From Pseudomonadota bacterium (GTDB taxonomy: Bacteria > Planctomycetota > UBA8108 > UBA1146): a stretch of 48,515 bases of DNA. The notes beneath the pieces were generated by a model. The model ran no database searches. It was not told the origin of the DNA and was given only the letters and a program-made list of their open reading frames with translations. Position 1 is the stretch's first letter; each line of letters starts with the position of its first letter. The stretch lies in contig JAFMMO010000002.1 in the NCBI GenBank assembly GCA_017859655.1, forward strand, positions 1-48,515, read 5' to 3'. The translations under genes and the position numbers were made by a program. Shown here piece by piece: positions 18,523-26,200 of the stretch.

Positions 18523-21006
18523 TTGCTCGGCAGAACCCTCCCCCTCTCCCTCTCTCTCCTGCTCCTCATCGGCTGCGCGCTCCCTCCCGCGCCCGAAACC
18601 CCGGAGCCGAGCGATCCCCTGCGCGCCGCGGTGCAGAGCCTCGAGCGCTGCGAGGGGCTCCTCACCCTTCATGTCGACGCGGCGGAGAACACCGTCCTGC
18701 TGGAGCTCCCGGCCCCCACCGATGCGTCGGGGCGGTGCGCGGAGCTGCTCCTCGTCCACGGCCTGCGCCGCGGGCTCGGCTCCAATCCGGTCGGGCTCGA
18801 CCGCGGCCAGCTCTCCGGCGCCGAGCTCCTCGTCATCCGGCGGCGGGGCAGGCAGGTCCTGTTCGAGCGACCGAACCTCCGGTTCCGCGCGGGCCAGCCC
18901 GACCCGGCCGCGCGCCGAGCGGTGGAGGAATCCTTCGCGACCTCGGTCATCTGGGGAACCGAGGTCCGGGTGATCGCCCCCGACGGACGCTCCCTCGTCG
19001 ATCTCGGCCCCCTCCTCGTCAGTGATCGCCACGGGATCGCCGATCAGCTCTCCCGCAGCAGCGGCTCGACCTACCGCCTCGACCCGGCACGGAGCGCGGT
19101 GACCCTCGAGGCGCTCCGCGCCCTCCCCGCGAACATCGAGCTGGAGGCGAGCCTCACCTTCACCACGGAAGGCAGCCCCGGCCGGGAGATCTCGGGGACG
19201 GCGCCGGATGGGCGCGCGGTCACCCTCCTCCAGCACATCTCCCTCATCGAGCTGCCGCCGGCGGGCTACCGACCCCGACTCCACGACCCCCGCTCGGGCA
19301 CCTTCTCGACCGAGACGATCGACCCCACCGCACCCCTCACGGCGCCGACCCGGATCCGCTACGCCGAGCGGCATCGCCTCGCGCCGGGAGAGACCCTGAC
19401 CTACTACGTCGACCGCGGCGCGCCGGAGCCGGTCCGCAGCGCGCTGCTCACCGGCGCGGGGTGGTGGGCGGAGGCGTTCGAGGCCGCGGGGCTCCCCGGC
19501 GCGTTTCGCGTCGAGCTCCTCCCCGAGGATGTCGACCCCCTCGATGTCCGCTACTCCGTGATCCAGTGGGTGCACCGCGAGACCCGCGGCTGGTCCTACG
19601 GCACCAGCATCACCGACCCGCGAACGGGGGAGATCCTCAAGGGTCATGTGACCCTCGGCTCCCTCCGCGTGCGGCAGGACCGCCTCCTCTTCGAGGGTCT
19701 CCTGGGGGTGGAGAGCACGGGGACGGGAACCCCGGGCGATCCGATCGAGATCAGCCTCGCGCGGATTCGGCAGCTCGCCGCTCACGAGGTGGGGCACACC
19801 CTCGGCCTCGCCCACAATTTCGCGGGGAGCGCGCGCGAGCGGGCCTCGGTGATGGACTATCCCCCTCCTCGCGTCCGGGTCGCCGAGGATGGCTCCCTCG
19901 ACCTCTCCGACGCCTACGGCGTGGGAGTCGGCGAGTGGGATCGCCACGCGATCCGCTGGCTCTACGGCGCCCACGGCGTGGACGCGGCGGGGAGGATCGA
20001 CGAGGAGGAGGAGCGCCGCCAGCTCCGCGCCATCCTCGATGAGGGGATCGCGGGCGGCCTCCTCTACCTCTCCGATGCGGATGCCCGCTCGCCGGGGGCG
20101 AGCGATCCGCGCGCCAGCCTCTGGGACGATGGATCCGATGCGGTCGCGGGCCTCGAGGGCGCGCTGGCCGTCCGGCGGATCGCGCTCTCCCGGTTCGGCC
20201 CGGGGAACCTCCCGGAGGGCCGACCGCGGACCGAGCTCCAGGAGGTGTTCACCCCGGTCTACCTCCACCATCGATACGCCCTCGAGGCCGCGGTGAAGAC
20301 GATCGCCGGCGTGGAGTACGGGCACGGCGTCCGGGGGGATGCGATGCCACCCCCCCGAGTGATCCCCCGGGATCGTCAGGAGCGTGCGCTCTCCGCGGTC
20401 CTCCAGACCATGACTCCGGAGTTCCTCCGGGTTCCCCCGGGGCTCCTCCCCCTCCTCGTCCCCGCCACCCCCGGCTCTGCCCGCAGCGTCGAACGGCTCC
20501 CCGGCGCGACCGCACCGATGTTCGATCCTCTCGCCGCGGCGCGCGTCGCCGCCACCCTCTCCGTGGACCTCCTCCTCGACGAGGCCCGCCTCGCCCGACT
20601 GGTCAATCAGGGGCTCACGAGCCCCGGGCAGCTCACGATCGAGGATCTCCTCCGCCGGCTGACCGAGACCTTCCAGTCGAAGGAGGAGGAGCGGGAGGCC
20701 TGGATCGCGGGGATCGATGCGGCGGTGGAGCGGGTCATCCTCGATCGGCTGATGGCGCGAGCCGGCTCGGCGACGGTGACGGCGGAGGTGCGCACCGCGA
20801 TCGATGCCATCCTCGGCGAGCTGCTCGCCCGCCTCGGCCCACCCTACGAGGGGCGCCAGCTCCGCTACGACAACGGGCATCGCGCGCAGATCCTGCGCGA
20901 TCTGGAGCGACATCTCGCGCGCGCCCCCGTGGAGCGCAGCGGACTCAACCCTGCGCCGCCCCCGCCCCCCGGCAGCCCGATCGGCTGCGGGTGCGATCGA
21001 TACTGA
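18523..21006 (+). CDS. Zinc-dependent metalloprotease lipoprotein (DUF5117/DUF4953-type, HEXXH)
   Basis: An in-frame TTG at 18523 gives MLGRTLPLSLSLLLLIGC, which contains a lipobox. Catalytic motif AAHEVGHTLGLAHNF followed by SVMDYPPP. About 827 aa. Confidence 0.8.
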   Translation: MLGRTLPLSLSLLLLIGCALPPAPETPEPSDPLRAAVQSLERCEGLLTLHVDAAENTVLLELPAPTDASGRCAELLLVHGLRRGLGSNPVGLDRGQLSGAELLVIRRRGRQVLFERPNLRFRAGQPDPAARRAVEESFATSVIWGTEVRVIAPDGRSLVDLGPLLVSDRHGIADQLSRSSGSTYRLDPARSAVTLEALRALPANIELEASLTFTTEGSPGREISGTAPDGRAVTLLQHISLIELPPAGYRPRLHDPRSGTFSTETIDPTAPLTAPTRIRYAERHRLAPGETLTYYVDRGAPEPVRSALLTGAGWWAEAFEAAGLPGAFRVELLPEDVDPLDVRYSVIQWVHRETRGWSYGTSITDPRTGEILKGHVTLGSLRVRQDRLLFEGLLGVESTGTGTPGDPIEISLARIRQLAAHEVGHTLGLAHNFAGSARERASVMDYPPPRVRVAEDGSLDLSDAYGVGVGEWDRHAIRWLYGAHGVDAAGRIDEEEERRQLRAILDEGIAGGLLYLSDADARSPGASDPRASLWDDGSDAVAGLEGALAVRRIALSRFGPGNLPEGRPRTELQEVFTPVYLHHRYALEAAVKTIAGVEYGHGVRGDAMPPPRVIPRDRQERALSAVLQTMTPEFLRVPPGLLPLLVPATPGSARSVERLPGATAPMFDPLAAARVAATLSVDLLLDEARLARLVNQGLTSPGQLTIEDLLRRLTETFQSKEEEREAWIAGIDAAVERVILDRLMARAGSATVTAEVRTAIDAILGELLARLGPPYEGRQLRYDNGHRAQILRDLERHLARAPVERSGLNPAPPPPPGSPIGCGCDRY

Positions 21007-21066
21007 GATCCGGAGGGACCGGACGCGGGGAGCGGTGATCGCGCGGGGGTCGGCGGTCCGTGCGGA

Positions 21067-21852
21067 TCAGAGCTCGTAGGAGTGACCCGCCTCCATGACG
21101 ACGACATCACCCACCCCCGCGTCGTCGAGCTCGCGGGTGATCTCGTCCCGGTGCGTCGCCTTGAGATGAACCGCGAAGAAGGTGGGATCACCGGCGAACT
21201 GGGCGATCTCCTCCGCGAAGAGTCGCGGCGTCAGATGCATCGAAGCATCCGCGAGCCAGAGCAGCTTCTCGGGGAAGCTCGCTTCGAGGACGACTGCCTT
21301 GAGGTGGGGCACGGCGTTCGCTGCCTCGCGCAGGGCGGCGCAGGGAGCGGTATCGGTCGCGATCAGCACCGCGCTCCGCCCATCGTCGACCAGGAAACCG
21401 AAGGTGGGGACGATGTGCTCCACCGGAATCGGGGTGACCTGCACCCCATCGATCTCCACGGGGCGCCCCGCCTCGAGGCGCTGCAGATCGAGGAGGCGCA
21501 CCGGACCCTGCTCCGAGATGCGGATGAAGTCGGGCCAGGTGCGGTCGTTGAAGATGTCCTCGCGGAGCGCGGCCTCCGTCTCGGCCCCCGCATGGACGCA
21601 GACTCCCTCCGGATGCTCGCCGAAGACATTGTCGAGGAGCATCGGCAGGCTCGCGATGTGGTCGATGTGCGAGTGGGACAGGAAGAGATGCCGGATCGCC
21701 CGCTGCACCTCGAGGTCGGCATGAAAGCCGATCGAACCCGCATCAAGGCAGATGGAGTCGTTGATGCGGATCGAGGTGAGGTACTGAGAGACCGACGCGG
21801 AGGCCGCGGCGGTGCCGCCCCCCACCGCGGAGGGAACCAGCTCGACCTTCAT
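21067..21852 (-). CDS. MBL-fold hydrolase resembling class II 3',5'-cyclic-nucleotide phosphodiesterase
   Basis: ATG 21852 follows GGGGAGG. The motif LSHSHIDHIASLPMLLDN is close to the class II PDE signature H-x-H-L-D-H-[LIVM]-x-[GS]. An upstream ICLDAGS motif is also present. The adjacent gene encodes a cNMP-binding-domain protein. Confidence 0.6.
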   Translation of the reverse strand: MKVELVPSAVGGGTAAASASVSQYLTSIRINDSICLDAGSIGFHADLEVQRAIRHLFLSHSHIDHIASLPMLLDNVFGEHPEGVCVHAGAETEAALREDIFNDRTWPDFIRISEQGPVRLLDLQRLEAGRPVEIDGVQVTPIPVEHIVPTFGFLVDDGRSAVLIATDTAPCAALREAANAVPHLKAVVLEASFPEKLLWLADASMHLTPRLFAEEIAQFAGDPTFFAVHLKATHRDEITRELDDAGVGDVVVMEAGHSYEL

Positions 21853-21922
21853 CGTGACGCCTCCCCTCTCGCCCAAACCGGGAATCGCGCTCGCAACGAC
21901 GGACCGCGGGACGGGGTCCGCC

Positions 21923-22363
21923 TCAGGACACGAGCCGATCATCGACCTTCGCGAGCCGACGAGCCAGCATCCCCGCGATGTTGTAGGTCATGCGCAGGGC
22001 CACCATGTCGTTCCGATCGAGGAGACCGTGGAAGACCGAGCCGGAGAAACGCTTGAGCCGGCCGGGCTCGCGGCAGATCACCGTCGCAGCGGCGCTCGAC
22101 TGATCGAAGAGAGACATCTCGCCGAAGAAGGAGAGCTCTTCGAGGCGGGCAAGGACGCTCTCCGCGCCGTCGGCGGCGTGGACGACCTCGAAGACTCCCG
22201 CGCCGATCACATAGAGGCCCTCCCCCGACTTGCCCTGCTCGATGATCACCTGCCCCGGCTCGGTCGGGACATCCTCGGCGTCCCGAAGGATCCGCGCGAT
22301 CTCCTGCGCCTCGAGCCCGTGGAACAGGGGGACGGTCGGGAACTTCTCGATGTGCTCTTCCAT
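21923..22363 (-). CDS. Stand-alone cyclic nucleotide-binding (CAP/CRP effector) domain protein
   Basis: ATG 22363 follows AGGAGA. The sequence VPLFHGLEAQEIARIL......PGQVIIEQGKSGEGLYVIGAGVFEV......LSFFGEMSLF...SAAATV is a typical cNMP-binding beta-barrel. There is no DNA-binding or other output domain (146 aa). Confidence 0.8.
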   Translation of the reverse strand: MEEHIEKFPTVPLFHGLEAQEIARILRDAEDVPTEPGQVIIEQGKSGEGLYVIGAGVFEVVHAADGAESVLARLEELSFFGEMSLFDQSSAAATVICREPGRLKRFSGSVFHGLLDRNDMVALRMTYNIAGMLARRLAKVDDRLVS

Positions 22364-22563
22364 GAGTCGATCTCCTGGGCGGGCGAACGGGGTTGGGCCG
22401 CGGACGGAGCTGCGGCGCACCTGTGGACGATGGGCGTCTCCGGGCGGGGTGAGGACACTCTGTGGCAGGTCACGCTACCGGAGGGAGCCGGGGGCTGCAA
22501 CGCCCCGGACTCGACCCTTCTCCGGTCTTCTGGGGTATGCTGCTCGTCATGGAGGATCCAGCG

Positions 22564-22974
22564 ATGGCCCAGCCTTCGGAGCGTCGTCTCTTCGTCGTCG
22601 GAGATCGCGTGCTCGTGACCCCCGAGAAGGGGGAAGAGCGGACGCGGGTCGGTCTCTATCTGCCCGCGACCGCCGTGGAGAGCGCCCCGGTCCAGGGGGG
22701 TCGCATCGTGGAGGTCGGACCCGGGACACCGGTGCCGAGCCCTTCGGATGTGCACGAGGAGCCCTGGAAGATCGGTGAGCCCCGAGCCCAGTATGTGCCG
22801 CTCGAGGCGAAGCCGGGCGACTTCGCGCTCTTCCTGCGCAAGGCCGCGATCGAGGTGCAGTTCGACGGGACCGACTACCTCATCGTCCCTCACGGGGCGA
22901 TTCTCCTTCTCGTGCGTGAACCCGCCATCGCCGAAGAGAGTCCCGAGTTCGATCCTGCTGACTTCGATCTCTGA
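22564..22974 (+). CDS. GroES (Cpn10)-like co-chaperonin family protein, orphan
   Basis: ATG 22564 follows GGAGGA. RLFVVGDRVLVTPEKGEERTRVGLYLPATAVESAPVQGGRIVEVGPG ... PLEAKPGDFALF....IEVQFDGTDYLIVPHGAILLLV parallels the GroES pattern (PLGDRVLV......T.GGI.LP......P..G.V.AVG.G....P..VK.GD.VLF......E....G.EYLI....DILA.I). It carries an insertion and an acidic C-terminal tail. No groEL is adjacent. Confidence 0.6.
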   Translation: MAQPSERRLFVVGDRVLVTPEKGEERTRVGLYLPATAVESAPVQGGRIVEVGPGTPVPSPSDVHEEPWKIGEPRAQYVPLEAKPGDFALFLRKAAIEVQFDGTDYLIVPHGAILLLVREPAIAEESPEFDPADFDL

Positions 22975-23286
22975 TCTGACTCAGATGACTCGCGTACATT
23001 CGAATCAGCACATGTGATCATTGATGCCTAGCCCAAGCCTGATGAATCAGTAAGGTTGGGATCAGCGGATCCGTCTTCGTGGGACTTAGGGCGCGACTAT
23101 TCATCGTGCCCGGGACGCTTCCGACCGTGAAACGATATGCATCACCTCAAGGAACCGCCGGCGAGCGGTTTCAGCGGTGATCCATCGGACCATGTGTGGA
23201 CCGTCCGATCGGTATTCGCTTCCGACTCAGCTGCAATTTGGTGCGAGTCCTCCGGAATCTATCTACCGGGGGAGAAGGAGTGAAGT

Positions 23287-26200
23287 ATGAGGACCCCTGT
23301 CGTATCGGGTCGCAAGACCCTCATCTGGATGCTGCTGACGCTTCTGCTCGGCGGAACCCTGCATGCCATCGATGTCCCCGTGTCGATCGACTTCGACCTG
23401 GAGAACCGCGAGGCGGGCTCCCTGATCGAGTCGGTCAACGGAACCAATGACGGAACCGCGCTCGTGGGTCCGATCGGTGTTCGAGGGACGCGCCCCGGCG
23501 ACGCCCGGAACGCCGCGGTCCTCCACCACTCGGCCCTCAGCTCCGGTCCGGCGAGCGATCTCGGCACCCCGAACCAGGCGTTCGGCGGGGTCGGAGTCGG
23601 AGTCGGCGGAACGCTGGGTGCCGCGTACGCGAACCAGAGCGACCTCGGGCGTATCCTCGTGATCGCCGACAACCTCGTCGATGCCAACGGCGATGGTCTG
23701 ATCGACCAGACGAACGACTCGAGCCTTCAGCAGCTCGAGTTCGAGTTCGACTTTCGGACGATCACCGCTCCCTTCGTTCCCCATGACATTCGCGTGCTCA
23801 GTCTCAAGGTGATCGACACGGAGGGTCCCAGCCCGGGATCGATCCAGATCTTCGATGCCCTCGGGAACCTGATCAGCGCGACCCCCATCGTGACCACCGG
23901 CAACAACGGGGTCGCCACCCAGTGGCTCGGAACCCCGGGTCTCGGGGTCGCGGGCGCAGCGACGATGAAGGTGATCCTGAACGGGTCGGCCGCGATCGAT
24001 GACATCGACTTCGAGATGTCGTCCGCGCCGCCCCCGTCCTGCGACATCTCCAGCCCCGGCGCCGATCATGTCGATGTCGAGGTCGGCGAGCTGCTGAGTT
24101 TCAACCTCTCCGCCATGAGCCACGAGGATGACCTCCTCGTCGAGGCCCTCCTGATGCCGACCGGCTCGTCCAGCACGCCCGGACTCCCCGCCGGAACGAC
24201 GGAGGAGGATCTGGAGCTCGAGTTCACGGTCAACTGGACCCCGACCGCGGACCAGATCGGCGACCACGAGTTCCTCTTCCAGAGCAGCGACTCCCTCGGC
24301 CAGTCCTCCACCTGCGGAGTGCTCGTCACCGTCTACTGCAATCTCTCGATCCCGCCGTTCGGGCAGCCGCTCTCGAAGACCATCTGCGAAGGCGAATCGG
24401 TCTACCTCTCCGCCTCCCCCCTCGTGACCCAGCCGGCCACCTACCAGTGGCAGAAGGACGGCGTCTCGATTCCCGGCGCGAACACCACCAACCTGACCCT
24501 GACCGCGCTCGGCACCGGCGACGCGGGTGACTACACCCTCGTCATCACCAACCCCTGCGGGACCCTCACGAGCCAGGCGGCCACGGTCACCGTCAAGTCG
24601 CCTCCTTCCATCGATCAGCACCCCTCGGACGTCACCACCTGCGAGGGCACGGATGCGACCTTCTCGGTCGTCGCCTCCGGGACGAGCTCCCTCTACTACC
24701 AGTGGAAGAAGGACGGCTCATCGATCTCCGGGGCGAACTCCTCGACGCTCACCCTCTACGCGGTCGACTCGAGCGACGCGGGCAGCTACTCGGTCACGGT
24801 CACGAACGACTGCGGCCACGCCACCTCCTATCCGGCGCAGCTGACGGTCCGCCACCCGCCCAGCATCTCCTCAAGCCCCGAGTCGCGGACGCACTGCGTG
24901 GGAGAGTCCACCACCTTCCATGTCTCCGCCTACGGGAGTGACCCGCTCTTCTATCAGTGGAAGAAGGACGGCAACTCGATCTCCGGCGCGAACTCCTCGA
25001 GCTACACGATCAGCTCGGTCTCGACCTCGGACGCCGGCAGCTACACCGTGACCGTCACGAACGACTGCGGGTCCGCGACCTCCTACGGCGCGGACCTCAC
25101 GGTGCGGACCCCCCCGTCGATCGACTCACACCCGAGCGATCAGACCCTCTGCGAGGGTCAGGCGATCCAGCTCACCGTCTCCGCGAGCGGCAGCTACTCC
25201 CTCCACTATCAGTGGAAGAAGGACGGGACGCCGATCTACGGAGCGACAAGCTCCACCCTGACGATCATCAACGCCACCGCGTCTGACTCCGGCCTCTACA
25301 CCGTCAAGGTCTCGAACGACTGCGGAAACGAGACCTCCTACGGCGCCACTGTCGAGGTGCGCGTCGCCCCCGAGATCACGACGCACCCGATGGACCAGAC
25401 CCTCTGCGAGGGTGAGACCCTGACCCTGACCGGTGCGGCGAGCGGCAGCCACCCGCTCCACTATCAGTGGAAGCGGAACGGGAGTCCGATCCCGGGAGCG
25501 AACAGCGCGACCTACACCGTCTCCTCCGCCCAGGCGAGCGACTCCGGCTACTACACCCTCCACGTCTCCAACGACTGCGGGGATGCCCAGAGCTACGCGG
25601 CCGATGTCGAGGTCCGCATCGCCCCGACCATCACGGATCATCCGTCGAGCAAGACCCTCTGCGAGGGACAGATGCTGACACTGACCGCCTCGGCCAGCGG
25701 CAGCGAGCCGCTCCACTACCAGTGGCGGAAGAACGGAGCCGATCTCCCCGGGGAGAACAGCCCGAACCTGATGATCATGGCCGTCGCGACCAGCGACGCC
25801 GGCTCCTACACGCTCCACGTCTCGAACGACTGCGGCACCGCCGAGTCGTCCGCGGCCGTCGTCGTCGTGCGCGTCGCTCCGACGATCACCTCGCAGCCGA
25901 CCGGCCAGACCCTCTGCGAGGGGGAGAGCCTCCTCCTCTCGATCTCGGCCACGGGCAGCGAGCCCCTGCACTACCAGTGGCACCTCGACGGAGCCCCGAT
26001 CCCGGGAGCGACGAGCTCGACCTACATGGTCTCCTCCGTGACCACGGCCGATGACGGCGTCTACACCGCCTCCGTCACCAACGACTGCGGCAGCGAGACC
26101 AGCGCTCCCGCCGATGTCGTGATCCGGGTCGCCCCGACGATCTCCCAGGACCCGGTCGGCGGCCTGCTCTGCGAGGGCGACACCCTCACCCTGAGCGTGA

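Noticed and set aside
18232-20913. An 893-aa minus-strand ORF opposite the metalloprotease gene
   Set aside because: The + strand frame contains HEVGHTLGLAHNF, a lipobox and protein-like composition. The minus-strand frame is an R/G/E-rich artefact of high GC content.
23238-23265. A possible sigma-70 promoter (TTGGTG, 16 nt spacer, TATCTA) upstream of the giant gene
   Set aside because: Only about 3 of 6 positions match in each hexamer. The promoter consensus for this lineage is unknown, so this is too weak to annotate.
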